DNA of 64,000 nucleotides from a virus: IMG/VR virus record IMGVR_UViG_3300045988_158900; one strand, 5' to 3'. Shown piece by piece: positions 20,648 to 34,000 of this stretch (position 1 is its first letter; each line of letters starts with the position of its first letter). The notes under the pieces were generated by a model. It saw only the letters and a program-made list of their open reading frames with translations, ran no database searches and was not told where the DNA came from. The position numbers and the translations under genes were made by a program.

Positions 20648-23600
20648 TTAAAATACTTTAATCCATACACGCCCATTGACTTTGACTTTTCCAGTTCCCC
20701 ATTCTTCATAATCAGGGACAGCTGAAATAGTACCAATCGCGCAATAACCTTTATTTCTATATTCTTCATCAGTCATAATAGAAACTGTTCCATTAGGACC
20801 AGAACATACTGGACGCCCAATATTCTTTTTAAATTCTTCACGAGATTCATATGGATAAGCAAGAACACGTCCACTTACTGCTATTGGAGTTTTTGCCTAT
20901 TCAGTTTCACCAATAGCAAAACCAAATGTATCAGATGTAATATTTGCACCGGGCATCATGCGTTCAGTTGAAGTAATAAGAGTATCATTACCAACTTCAA
21001 TTACGCATCTACCTGATTCAACAGTATCGCCTTCACGGAATTCAGCATAGTCATTCCATACAGCACCCCAAAGTTTATTTCCTCGTAAAACTCCAGTTCG
21101 AGTATTAATAGTCACTGTCATGCCAGCATTAGTTGAAGGACATCCATCAACAAAACCAATACTCTACCAAGATTTAAAAATTAAATTGGCTTTTCCACTA
21201 GTCCCTAAAGTACTACCATCTGCATCTCCATTTCCAACATACATTCCATTATTTCCACCGACTAAGCTATGACAAATCATTGCTCCAGTATTAGTAGCAG
21301 TTGATGTAGTGGTGGGCAAAGAACAGTTAATACTTCCATTCATAGTTCCGCCAGATAATTTTAAATAATTGGTATCAATCTATAAACCATTTATATCTCC
21401 CAAAGTTTTAGTAGCACTATCAGCGTTACCATGAAAATAAACATTAGTACCATCACTTTGTACTAACCATATATTTTTAATACAATCCCATAGTCCATAT
21501 AACTACGCGCCGCCACCATCACGAGATAATTCGATATAACCAGTTGAACCATTATTTACTCGGAATCCATATCCAGCTTTATTAATGGCTAACTATCCAG
21601 TCATTGTATCGCCAGATTTTTTTACATAACTAGAATCATGATTATGAGAACTTGAAGCTGCTCCAATACTAGATGAAGTTATATTAATATTTTTAGCAGC
21701 ACTACCATTATAAGTAAATTGGTTTGTTCCTTCAGTAGTTCCATTATTTAGTTTAATGACTAAATTATTATTAACTTTATCGGCACTACTAGCTTTAGTA
21801 GCCATTGTTGCAGTAGTTGCAGTGGTCGCATTACCATTTAAATTACCATGAAATCCATCAGGCTTAATGGAAGCAACTAACTCTCCATCAGTCGCAGTTC
21901 CCTTAGTATTTCTATAGAAATTCCAAATTCCACCATATTCATGAAAATCAACTTGATTATGTCCACTATATCCAAAATCAATAGCATGATAATATGTATC
22001 AGCATTGCCTTCACCACGGAATTTTGCGCTTTGAAAATAATGAGTTTTATCAGTGCCTGTGGCGATATAAGGAGCAGTAAATAATCCAGTATTATCAATA
22101 GTAACTTTTGGATTATCTTTAATGACTTTACCTGTTGCATCAGCGAATGTGGAAACAGCATTTACAGTAGAAGCATTAGGTCCTGTTACCGCATTTGTGC
22201 CTGCATCATCACGCCAGCCAGGATTACCTTTTTCATCAGTTTTCCAAACTTTATTTTTTTGATTAGCTCCAGAAGCCACATAGCCTTCAGATGATGATGT
22301 ATTAGCTTTCCAAGTATTTGTATTAGTGGAGCTAATTGTGATATTACCGCTATCATCACTTACTACTGATGTTGCTTCAGTGCCTTTAATAGTAACGCTA
22401 TTTCTAACTGTAGTATTATCTACTATAGTTAATTTAGTATTACCATTAGTAGTAGCAGCATTTTGAGCAGTACCAGTGCCAGCATATAAGTAAGTTGTAT
22501 AATGTGTATCTGTAAATTTAGCATCTGAGGGCACTGATTTACCAATAGTAAATCCAGAGTCTTTAATTATTTTACCATTAGCCCCATTGAATATAGCAAC
22601 GTGATTATTAACCGCGCTAGCCGGTCCAATTACTGCGCCATCAATATTAGTTTGAACAATAGTCCAATCTCCTGCGCTATGAGTAGTTCCATCTTTAATA
22701 CAAATAATTAAATCGCCAATTTCACAAACTTCACCATTGCCAAGGTATTTACCATTATTACCACCTTTAATATCATAAACACGATAAGTTTCACCTGCGC
22801 TATGTTTGGCTGGCAATTCATGAATAGTGGCGGCAGCATCTCCACCAATAGTGCCTTTAAATACCATAGCATCGTTAGTGGCTAATAAATTATTTAATTT
22901 ATTATCAATATCTGATTTTATATAAAAATTATTTAATGACCAATCATGTACTGCATCACCACGCGCTGCGGCATATTGATACAAATGATTTCCATAATCT
23001 TTTCCTGCCTCGCCAGCTTGTAAAATTACATGTCGGCTAGCTTTATAAGAATTATCTCCATCGTAATTAATATATAAATTATCTTTTTCACAAGCTCCAT
23101 CATCTGTTGGAGTTGATACACCACAAATACCACGAGTTACTAAACCAGCATTTTGAGCATTTCCGCCAAATACTGCACCCTACTATAATGTAAGCTAATT
23201 AGAAATTATAGTATTTGTTTTATTAGTGCCAAGAATATTGGCAGGACTACCTTTAGAAATATTAGTACCGCCTACGGTGACTGGACCATTAAATGATGCG
23301 CTACCATTCATATTTAAAAGAATGTTATTATTTATATTTATACCCTAATTGTTTACTAATGAATCTTCACCAGTATTTATAATTTTAATACCAGTGCCTG
23401 CTCCTTTATTATCAATAATTAGAGCTGAGCCTTCATCATTATTTTCAATTAAAACTTCATCTTTACTTCCGGTTTCAACATTAGGGATTACTAATGTACC
23501 ATCTTTATAACCAATGCTACCATATTTTAATTCAATTAAATTTATAGCATTATCGATTACTTTAAATGCTAAAATGGGATAAGTTTCTGTGTCTTCAATT

Positions 23601-23809
23601 TTAGTAGCTTTAATCCAATCAGTACTTAAAGCATTAAGAGGGATACGATTATCTCCAATTACAGCTGGAGATGCATTAGTGCCATCACCATCAATATCAA
23701 TGTAAAATTTACCATCATCTGATGTAAAATATGCAAAACCTTCTTTTGCATATGGCACATTTGTCATTAAATTTTTTGACAAGCCCTTGCTTATTTTAAA
23801 CAATGCCAT
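20648..23809 (-). CDS. Tail fibre protein (~1053 codons) with at least 7 in-frame TAG, including a tandem TAG-TAG at 23180-23185
   Basis: RBS GAGAAGGGAG before ATG 23809. N-terminus KISKGL...[21 protein letters not shown] is the shared fibre N-domain. Track ORFs 20897, 21593 and 23345 plus the 22985-23344 segment are all one frame. I checked that no TAA/TGA lies in frame between 22985 and 23345. Ends TAA 20648-20650. Confidence 0.6.
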
Positions 23810-23909
23810 TAATTTGTAAACTCCCTTCTCTGAAAAAAAGTTTATAAAAATATTTCTATTAATTTGTAAAAATTTGAATTATATTATTATTTTAATTAGG
23901 CCAATAATA

Positions 23910-23942
23910 ATATGGCAGATAGTAAAAACTATCTGCCATATT
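23910..23942. terminator. Hairpin ATATGGCAGATAGT-AAAAA-ACTATCTGCCATAT between two tail genes
   Basis: Perfect 14-bp inverted repeat, T-rich flank on the minus strand. Confidence 0.4.
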
Positions 23943-23943
23943 A

Positions 23944-24810
23944 TTATTTTACTTTAATCCAAATTCGATTATTAACTTGAATTTTATCAGGCCCCCATTC
24001 CTTATATTCAGGAATTTCACTAACATAACCAACTATAGCATCAGGCCATTCTTTAACTTCTTCACGAGTCATTAATGATATAGTTCCATCGGGGCCAGAA
24101 CAAACTGCTGCTCCAGCAGTAAATTTATATCTATCTTCATAGGGATAGGCTAATACTCGTCCGCATACTGCAATAGGAGTTTCAGCTTTATCAGTTTCAC
24201 CAATAGAAAAACCAAATGTATCTGAGATAATATTCCCGCCTAATTGAAGACGTTTAGTTGATAATTCTAAATCTCCATATCCAGTTTCAACTACACAACG
24301 ACCCGCTTCTTTAATTAATGATTCACGATATTCAGCGTAATCATTCCAAACAGCTCCACGTACTTTATTAGCAACTAAAACTCCATTATCTCCGCCTTTT
24401 GTTGTAGCCCTATTTCCTAATACTAAATTTTGAGACCGGTCAAACCCTTTTATTAATATGGTTTGTTTTAAAACATCATTTTCTTTTATATTAAACATAC
24501 CAGGAGTTAAATTAGCATCTTTAGTAATTGTTGTTTCTGGGGTGAAATTTAGTTTCCCAGTAATAGTATAAGATTGTGATAGATTCTCATCATCAGTTGA
24601 ATCTTCTATAATTAAATATGTTAAATTACCTTTTTTTACAATACGAACTTTTCGAGCATTCTAAATCTATAATCTTGTACCATCTTTATTTGGTCGTAAT
24701 AAAATACCAGTTTTTTTGCCTGCAACTGGATAAGTTTTTATGTTAGCAAGCATTTTATTTAATGCATCATCTTGTAAAATTACTGTAGATTCATAAGGTG
24801 AATTACTCAT
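23944..24810 (-). CDS. Tail protein (288 codons) whose C-terminal ~150 aa is paralogous to the C-terminus of the 20648..23809 fibre. Two in-frame TAG (24661, 24667).
   Basis: RBS GGAGAA before ATG 24810. Ends TAA 23944-23946. Shared blocks GAVWNDYAE(F/Y)RE, GRCV(I/V)E, SDTFGF(A/S)IGET, PIAV(C/S)GRVLAYPYE. Confidence 0.55.
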
Positions 24811-24895
24811 TTTTCTATTCTCCTTTTTCTCATAATTTTATATCTATTTATTATAGAAAATTATAATAAATCATTATTTATATTTACCCAAAAAA

Positions 24896-24935
24896 ATAAA
24901 GGGAAGACTAATTTAAAGCCTTCCCTTTATTTTTA
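24896..24935. terminator. Rho-independent terminator (AAAGGGAAG...CTTCCCTTT + T-run)
   Basis: Seen directly. Confidence 0.45.
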
Positions 24936-24940
24936 TTTTA

Positions 24941-25549
24941 TTAAAAATTATCAATCCACTCTAAAGCAAATGTACCTTTCTAATGTGCTTGTTCTAAATC
25001 ATGAATTGCCTAAATAAATGCTTTATCAAAAACGAATTCTTCTTGAGAAATATTATCTAAATCCCAATTCTGACCTTGTTCTACAATTGCTTCAGCAACT
25101 AATGTATTTAATTCATACATTAAATGTCCCGCAGCATTAAGACTAAAGAATTTAATAGCAAATTTTACAGTACCAGCATATTTAGTGGCCGCATTTTGAA
25201 TTACCCATGGCATAATAATTTTTTGATTTACATTATCAGTAGTAATATCCATATAAGGCACTACATAATAATAAGCTTCACCTTTTGCATTTTGAAATTG
25301 AATAATGCAACAAGTGTTAGATAAATCCATGCCATCAAAATATCGATCAAATGTAAAGTATAAAGTCTCAGCCGAATGGTCCTGAGAGACGATAATGAAG
25401 GACTTAGGCACTTTTATTTTACGTTCATTTAAATCGATAGGGATTAACTCTTCTTTAGGTGGAGTTGGAAGGAGAATGGCTTTGGAAGTTCGCATCTATT
25501 TGTCAATTGACCAAAGCTTATTCTCATAATCTTGATAATTAGTAATCAT
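24941..25549 (-). CDS. Tail/baseplate protein (202 codons, DRYFD-domain) with four in-frame TAG
   Basis: RBS AGGAGAATG before ATG 25549. The frame continues past track ORF 25010..25495 through TAGs to TAA 24941-24943. Domain FTFDRYFDGMDLSNT is paralogous to the N-terminus of the next gene. Confidence 0.5.
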
Positions 25550-25578
25550 GATTATTCATTCTCCTTTCTCCTAATTTA

Positions 25579-27513
25579 TCACTTAATATTAATATAGAAT
25601 GCATCACTATTTAGTGAATAAGCACTTCCATTATATTTATTAGTCACACGAATAAAATAATTACCTTCTTGATTCTTAATCATTGAAGAAGTAATTGTAG
25701 TATGTTTTCCGCCTTCAATATCAGAAGAGGTTAACTCACAAACAAACATAGGATTAGTATCATCACTTTCTTCACTAGGTAATTGATATAGAGTACAAAT
25801 TACTTTATCACTATATATTTTTTCATTAACAGCGGTTAAAACATATTTAACATCAAATGATTTCTGAGTATATTTATCTGTAACTCCATCAGTAGATGCA
25901 TTTAAATTAATCCAATACTGTCCACCTTGTTTACTTAAACCTAAAATAATACTGTTTTCTTCAATTTTAGAAGCTAAAGGAGAAACAATATATTCTTTAG
26001 ATTTAGTTTCATCTAAAGTGGTTTGATTATTTAAGAATGTTTTAACTCCAACAGTATATTTACCTTCTTCATTAACAATAAAACTATTGTTTTTAGTAGA
26101 ACGAATCCATTTTGAAGTATTAACAGGAGTTTCATTTCCATCTTTATACCAAGTATATTGAACTAAAGCTTTAGGCTCAATACCTTCTGCGGGAGCTTCA
26201 TAAGCATCTTTATTGTCATATCCAGAAGCAGTAGCAGTTAAAGTGACTTCATTACCAGTTAAAAATGCAACAGAATCAGCTACAGATAAATCAATATCAT
26301 AGCCTTCATCTTTTAAATCGCTATTATTAGAAACAATAGTAATCTCAGCTGGTGCATCTGGTTCAGGACAAATAACCACTGGAGTATGTTCAAGAACACC
26401 TTGGCCTATTTTCTTATTTTCTTTGTCAAAAATAATTCCTTGAGCTTGGATATAATATTCACCAACACCACTTACTTCAATAGTGGCATAACGAGCATAT
26501 AATTCACTTTTGTTTGGAATAGCAACTTCTGGGTCATTCCAAGTTTTAATATCATCGCTTGAAGCAATATTATAAACGCCACCCTCTTTAATATAATACG
26601 TACCAGTGGGGTCTAAAGGAATACGATTATCGTCATTATCCTTTTTACTCACCAAAACATATTTATCTACTGGGTCATCTTTTCCAGCAGGAGTAGAATA
26701 TTTAATATCCGCGGCGCCTGCTTGAGCCCGAGCATATAAAGTTACAGGTACAGAAGATAATTTTTGAGAATCTCCTTCGTCTACTGCGTTACCGGCTAAA
26801 TTTATAAATTCTAAAGCTACGGTAGCACCGGGGTCAGTGACCAGGCCATTGGTAAGCCATTTTAAATCTTCAACTTTAGCTTCGCCTTCACCAAAACTAC
26901 TATTTTGAAGCATATTTAAAATATCATCATTAACATTAATAACCATAGGATTGATTAAAACTAATCCCTCTTTAATATTAATTGTTGAAATCAAAGTGTT
27001 TAAACTGTAACTAGTAACATTGTCACGCTCAGTATAAAATTCAACTGCGAAGCTTAAAGTACCACTTTTACCAGTTAAATCTTTAGCTACAGGCCAACCA
27101 AAAATAATTTTTCCAGGTTCAGCATCAACGCTTTTAGAGAAATTAACAGATTGACCAGAAGCATCACCAATTTTCCAATTGATACGAATATTACAATTGT
27201 TTAAATCCATATAATCAAAATATCTATCAATACTAAAGAAAACAGTTTCAGCTAAATGATCTCCTTGAACTGATAAACCATTAGCAGTAAAATCAGAAGG
27301 AATTGTAATTTTGCGGCTATTAGCATCAATTTCAAATAAAGGCTCATCCAAAGGAAGTCTTAAAAACTTTTTATCTAACTCACCAATTTCTTGTATATAT
27401 CCAAAAAAGCTCTCAAGGTTATTAATTTGGATTTCCCCATTACTAGCTTTATTAATATCTTCATACAGTTTTTGATAAGCTAATTTAACAGAGTCTTTAT
27501 ACTTTGTAATCAT
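25579..27513 (-). CDS. Tail/baseplate structural protein (644 aa) with no in-frame TAG
   Basis: RBS AAGGAAGG before ATG 27513. Ends TGA 25579-25581. N-terminal DRYFDYMDLNNC domain shared with the previous gene. Confidence 0.6.
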   Translation of the reverse strand: MITKYKDSVKLAYQKLYEDINKASNGEIQINNLESFFGYIQEIGELDKKFLRLPLDEPLFEIDANSRKITIPSDFTANGLSVQGDHLAETVFFSIDRYFDYMDLNNCNIRINWKIGDASGQSVNFSKSVDAEPGKIIFGWPVAKDLTGKSGTLSFAVEFYTERDNVTSYSLNTLISTINIKEGLVLINPMVINVNDDILNMLQNSSFGEGEAKVEDLKWLTNGLVTDPGATVALEFINLAGNAVDEGDSQKLSSVPVTLYARAQAGAADIKYSTPAGKDDPVDKYVLVSKKDNDDNRIPLDPTGTYYIKEGGVYNIASSDDIKTWNDPEVAIPNKSELYARYATIEVSGVGEYYIQAQGIIFDKENKKIGQGVLEHTPVVICPEPDAPAEITIVSNNSDLKDEGYDIDLSVADSVAFLTGNEVTLTATASGYDNKDAYEAPAEGIEPKALVQYTWYKDGNETPVNTSKWIRSTKNNSFIVNEEGKYTVGVKTFLNNQTTLDETKSKEYIVSPLASKIEENSIILGLSKQGGQYWINLNASTDGVTDKYTQKSFDVKYVLTAVNEKIYSDKVICTLYQLPSEESDDTNPMFVCELTSSDIEGGKHTTITSSMIKNQEGNYFIRVTNKYNGSAYSLNSDAFYINIK

Positions 27514-27625
27514 AGACTAGAAAACCTTCCTTTCTAAAATAATTTTCCCTTATAGAGAGAAGAGAATTAATCTCTTCTCTCTATTTTTCAAAAAAGTTAT
27601 ATATTAGATAATTGGAACTACCCAA

Positions 27626-27823
27626 TCAAACTTCTTTCCACTAATCTAATTCATCTTCTGGAATAACTACGTTCTAAACAAAGTCTTTTCCATTTTTAGT
27701 AAGACGTTTATTATTATCAGCAAGCAATTGAAGTTTTCTAACATAATATATATCTTCAAGATGAATGGGAGAAAGAATTGTTCCATTAGTACCTAAATAC
27801 TCATACATCACAATTTTAGTCAT
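27626..27823 (-). CDS. Small hypothetical protein (65 codons, two TAG)
   Basis: RBS AAAGGAGAAAAG before ATG 27823. Ends TGA 27626-27628. Confidence 0.3.
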
Positions 27824-28059
27824 TTTCTTTTCTCCTTTCATGAATTAATATAATTAATTTTATTAAATCCTGAGAATAGTGAATTAGCAGCGTCTTGTTT
27901 TAAAGTAGTATACCAATCAACTGATTCTATAGTAATTGCAGACCAAGAGGCATAGTTAATAAAGGCTGGATCGCCGTCAGATACGATACGCAATTTAGAT
28001 TTTTCTTCTGGTGTACCAATAATAATCTTTTTAATACCTAATGTTCTATCACTATTTAA

Positions 28060-31000
28060 ATCACTATAGCTAGAGAAAGTGAAACCACCATTATCAATCT
28101 TCTAAACATTAGAACCAATAGTCAAGGTATCATTATCTCCAGAGAATGTATTTTGGAATGCGCTTTGATTGATTACTGCAATTGTACCGCCAATACTTAC
28201 ATTAGAGAATTTTGGATATACTACACGAGATTGACAACCAGGCATTTTAAATGCATAGTCTCCAATTAATCTCAAACCTTCGGGGAATTCTACCCATACT
28301 AAATTCATTGAATGAGAGAAAGTAGCACCACAGAAAAATCTAATATTGCATTTTTCAATATCATTTTCTTTATATTTTTCAAAGAATACATGAGTTAGAT
28401 TCTCACCATAGCAAACTGGAACGTAAGTAATAGAATTTAATGTAGCAGATTTTCCCTCGAATCCTGGATTACGAGGAACATCAATATCTGTATCATAAAT
28501 ATCTCCAGGGGAACCGAATGTTGCATCAATAGCAATAACTTTTTTAGATACTCCATCTACATTAAAGAACGCTGGCACTGTAATCTTTCCTTTAACTTTT
28601 TTAGTCAAAGCTAAAGTTACGCCATCTGTAATATTCCACTTTGTCTCTCCTGCCCAGTCAGTATAATAAGTGTCTGCGGGAGTGAGGCCAGATGTCTATT
28701 TAGAAACTGCAAAATACTCAGGATGAATATCTTCATATACATTAATAGGATTATTATCAAATACTGCATAAAATGTAGTATCCTCAGTAATCATATACTC
28801 TTCTAATTTCATAGCAGAGGAAGCAGTTGCAGAACGACTATATCCTAAGAATTTATAAGTCTACTCTAATGGCAAATCGCTATCATCTTTCCAAGGAATA
28901 ATAGTAGACATTACAGCATAATCACCATGAGGAATTTTTTTCTCTTCGATTAATGTATTATCTTTATAATAATATTTAACACTCCATTTGTGGATAGGAC
29001 AAATAGCATAGAATGTATAAGTATGAATATTATTATCAAGAGTTTGTTCACTCCATTTATTAATACTCTTATCAATATTAATAAGAATATCAGCACTAGC
29101 AGAATTAGTTAATGCCCAACCATAGAAATCATGATTTGGCTTTTTCTCACTAACATCGCCAAATGCATCAATAGGATCTGCAAACCAAGTTTCGCCTTCT
29201 TTTAAGGTCATAGAACCAATTAATTGATAACGACCATCATTACCTTCATCTTCATCCATAATTACAAATCTAGCAGTATATCCCTGTTCTACATTTGCAC
29301 AGAAGATTGTTAAATTAGGATAAGCAACTTGAATAGTATTACGCAATTCAGATTCTTTAATAACTTCTGTATTATTAATATAAATAATACCAGAGATATC
29401 AGGAATGTTTTTACTAGAATTTTTAATCCATTTCTTATCACTAATAAATTCTTTAAACATAGCTAAATCAGTAATTTGATTTATTTTATCTTCTGGGATT
29501 GTTTCATCCTTACGATAAATTTCACCATTTTCAACTTTAATAGTCCATGCATCAAAATTAGTATAAGTGTAAGGTTCTAGTCCATAATGACCATTATCTA
29601 CATAATAAGTAGTAGATGGATTGCGTTCATCATCAACAGTCATCTAAACATATGGACACCAATTAACATCGGTCATAGAAATTTGAGAAGTATTAGTCTA
29701 TTGACTACGAATAGCATAATATTGTTTTAATAGTTTATAACTATCATAGCCTAAGCCACCACCAGCAATATTTAAAGAAGCAATTACTGTATCACCCTTA
29801 TCTCCAGTTGAGGTTTTATCAAAGAAACCTTGGAGATATAAACCAGGATTAGCATGTAAATTACCTTCATCATCACGGGTAGGATTCTAATATTCATCTT
29901 CAGTAATTATATTCTTTAACAAGTTAGCTTCAATTAATTCAAGATTTGTAATACTAGTAGGTAAATATACAGTATTTAATGCGACACCTTTAGCAAACTA
30001 AACGTTAATTAAATTAGAGCCAGTAGCACGGAAATTCTCTAATTTTTCACAGCTAGTTAAATCTAATATAGGAGAAGCAGCATTAAACTGAATATTACTT
30101 ATATTTACTTCTTTTAATAAAGGCATACCTTTACTATCAGAAGAGCTGGCAGGAATACTGAATTGATTAACATTATCATTATGCCAACGCTCTCCATTTG
30201 CATCCAAACCATCATATCCTAATTTCAAACTAGTTAATTTAGTAGCATCACCAGTAATTTCAAACTCTTGCCAATATAGATTACTCATATCACCAAGGTC
30301 TTTCATTTGGTTAATACCATAAACATATAGCAATTGTTCAGGATAATTTTCACTCTTACGAACACCATTTTCAATAGAGTCAATATTAAATCTTAGCGCA
30401 TGAACACCATCATATTTACGAGAAGGATAGGCTTCATTATCATCACCAAGAGTAACATAAGAAGAATGGGCTGGAGTTAATGTCATCCAATATTCAGCGT
30501 CAAATAAATGATTTTTAATCAAAGTGCTTTCATCCTTGAAGTAAGGATCGCTAGCAGTTTCAATCCATTTATCTGAAGTCTTATTTTTATTATTCGCAGC
30601 AACACGACCACGAATGCGGTTCGCACCACCACGTTGATAGTTACCTTCATTTAACCAAGAGTCAATATACTCTAAACGGTTAGATAGGAATTGTTGACGA
30701 GATAGACTTCTATTTCCTTGTAAAGCATAGAAATAAGTACCATTACTATCAACAGTATATACACCAGTTGTATTAGTGCTAATATGTCCAGTAGTACCAT
30801 CTAAGTAAGAAGCATCATTTGTAATAGTGATATATTTATAATATTCATCTAAGTTAACTGCTACCAATGGACGAGTGCCCAAGTCAGCTAAATTATTTGT
30901 TATATTATAATCAGTTAAATAATATGACTCAATACGATCAACAGTTTTTAAAGGTGGTTGTTTTAAATTAGAACCAAATACACTGGTAGTAATACCACGT

Positions 31001-34000
31001 AAATGTCTATACTTAGGAATAATTAAGCCAGTTTTAAAATATTTATAGAAGTTATTCCATAAAACACTATCAGAAGTAGAATAGTTACCATCTTCAGTAG
31101 CATCAACATTATATTCAAATGAAGGAATACCAGTATTATTAATACCTAATTGAGTATCAATATCATAGAAAAGTGGATACCAAATATAATCTCCACCTTC
31201 TTTTTGAGGACCCCAAGAAGCCATCATACAGTTTTTACCACGAGAGTCATAACATTCAAAAATTTCTGTCATAACGAAATATGTAGCCATATATTCTTTA
31301 TCGAAGTGGTCACTTAATTCATAAGTAAATTTATCACCACGATACTCTTGCGTGTCATATTTATAAGAGCGATCACCATAAGTAATAATGGTTCCAATAT
31401 AATATTTATTTGGTTCATACGTTTCAGCAGTCACATTAGCCTTAGTTACTGCTTTACCACATTTAGCATTTCCATCATAATTATAATATGTTTTACTTGC
31501 ATCAAATGCTTCATCTTTACATAAAACAACTAATCTATCAGCCTTTGTATCTAGCTCTTCATCGCTATAAGATTCCAAAGTATAATAACGTTTATCGGGA
31601 TTAAATGTATCAGTGCTATAACAAGGAACATAGGTAATATTATTATTTTTATCAATTTCACCAGTGTATAATTTAGTTTTAATAGTACTAAATAATACTG
31701 TTCCAATATAAGCAACGATATATTCATGACTATTTTCTTGATTGGGATTATAATCAGGATTTTTTTTATAATAAGTAGTGCCTTCTATATATTCTTTAGC
31801 TAAGGTATAAATCTATTCAGAAGTTGATGGATTAGTTGTCATAATATAATGTTTATTACTATCAAATAATTCTTCACCAACATCACAGATTTTATAAGTA
31901 CCATTTGATACAACTTTTTCAGTACAAGTACTCCAAACCCAAGCTACGGCACGTTCCCAATTAGAATAATCTTTCAATAAATGTTGAGCGCGATTTTCTT
32001 GATTTAATGTAATATCATCCTTAGAGAATGTTAATGTTGGGTCTTTCTTACATTCTCCACCAGGAGCCATAATATAATCAAGAAGATCCTCATCATTATG
32101 ATAACGATATTCAAATGAGTCTGCTACCACAGGGGCAGATTGAACAGCATTCAATACACGAGAGCCATCAGCATTAAATACATCAAATTTCAAATCTTTA
32201 CGGTCTTGTGGATCGCGATATGAGCAGAAGGTACGACTATTATTTTCAAACTCCCAACATTCTGCTACTTTAGGCATACTCTTAGTACCATCACCTATGA
32301 ATTTAGCTTTTGGGTCTTTGCCAGTAGTATTATCAAGAGCGAATCCATATACTTCGTCAGAACCTTTATCTAAAAGCATGTTATATATACCAATAAATTG
32401 ATAGATAGGTTCTGTGCTACCATCAACTGGTTTCTTTTTGTGGAACGCAAGTACACGGAAACCTCGTACAGAAGTACGATAATCATCAGTATTTTCAACC
32501 TTAAAATCACTATATCCAGGTTTCATAATATACCATTTATTATATTTAGGATTACTTGAATCAGCTACTTTTAATTTTGAATAAACAGCTGGATTTTCAG
32601 CCATTAATTTTTGATATAAGGCATATGGACCTAAATCAAAATCTTCTTTACTAGTAATCACAATATTATCTTCTAAGACTGTATTACTTGCTGTTTTTGG
32701 ATTGCCTTTATGATTATAATAAGTATAAGTAACATCAGGGATATATTCAGTTGTTTCAGTCTCAACAGTTTTATCAGGGTCTAAAACCTAAAATGCTTTT
32801 GCGCTATTATAATCATCTAACGGATGTTTAGAATAAGCATTTTTAACCATATTTGCAAATCCCATATTATAAGTTCCAGAAGATTCCATATAATCAATCT
32901 TCATAGTAAATTTAGTAGTACCGCAAGTATAGTTATTAAAATACCAATATTTTTGACGAGTTTTTTCATCGCCACGTTTTACATAAGCAGTATTTTCAAT
33001 ATAGAAAGTATTAGGTTTATAAGGATTAGTTTCGCTAAATGTAACTTCCTTTTCACCATTTTCATCTTCATAATATTTAATTTTTAATTGGCCAGTAGCA
33101 GAATCAACAAGAGGACCTAATGTTGTACTTAAAATATAAGGCTTCTAAGTAGAACCTAATATATCAGCATTATACTATTCTCTGAATGGCCCACGGTTTA
33201 AGAAAATGTTAACACGCTCTTCGCCATCTACCGCATCGTTATTTTTAGTTTTAACTTTATAATTTCTACGAGGATAGAATTCAGATGAAGTTCCTTGAAC
33301 GCTCATTGATGCGCTATCACTAATAAATGAAGGACAATGATATTTATAATAAGTTTCAACAGCTTTTTGTTTTTCAGCCGCTGTCGCACCATCACCAAAT
33401 AATTTATCAGCTTTAGCCAATTCTTCCAATTTACCTTTATTATAATACATTTCAAGTGGAGTATTAACAAATTCAACTCCAACATTTAATTTAACCTTTT
33501 TAGAATAAGGAAGTTTATTTTCACTATCTTCTAATTTAGTAGTATCAAAAATAATATAAGGCATTAATGGGGCATCAGGATGTTCATTATTATACTTTAT
33601 CATATTAGTATAACTAAACTGGAATTCATCAATAGCGGTATTTTCTTCTGCTAATTTATTTTGATCGTAAATATTTACATTCTCAAAATCAGCAGCATAA
33701 TTCATGACAATATCATTAACATTTAAATCAGTGCGATATACTCGGACTTTATATAAATCAATATCACAATAATTACTGTTAAATTCAATTTTATCATTTT
33801 CTACAACAAATCCATTTTCTTGAGTGTTTCTAACGACACTGGTTAATACACCATTTAAATAAATATAAATTAGATTTTGAATTTTTTCTTTACTATATTT
33901 ACAAACGACAGATAAAGTAATAATTTTATTTTCTACATAAGATACGTTTACTGTGTCAGTACCATTAGAGAAAAATGCATCCTATGGTCCTAAGCATAAA

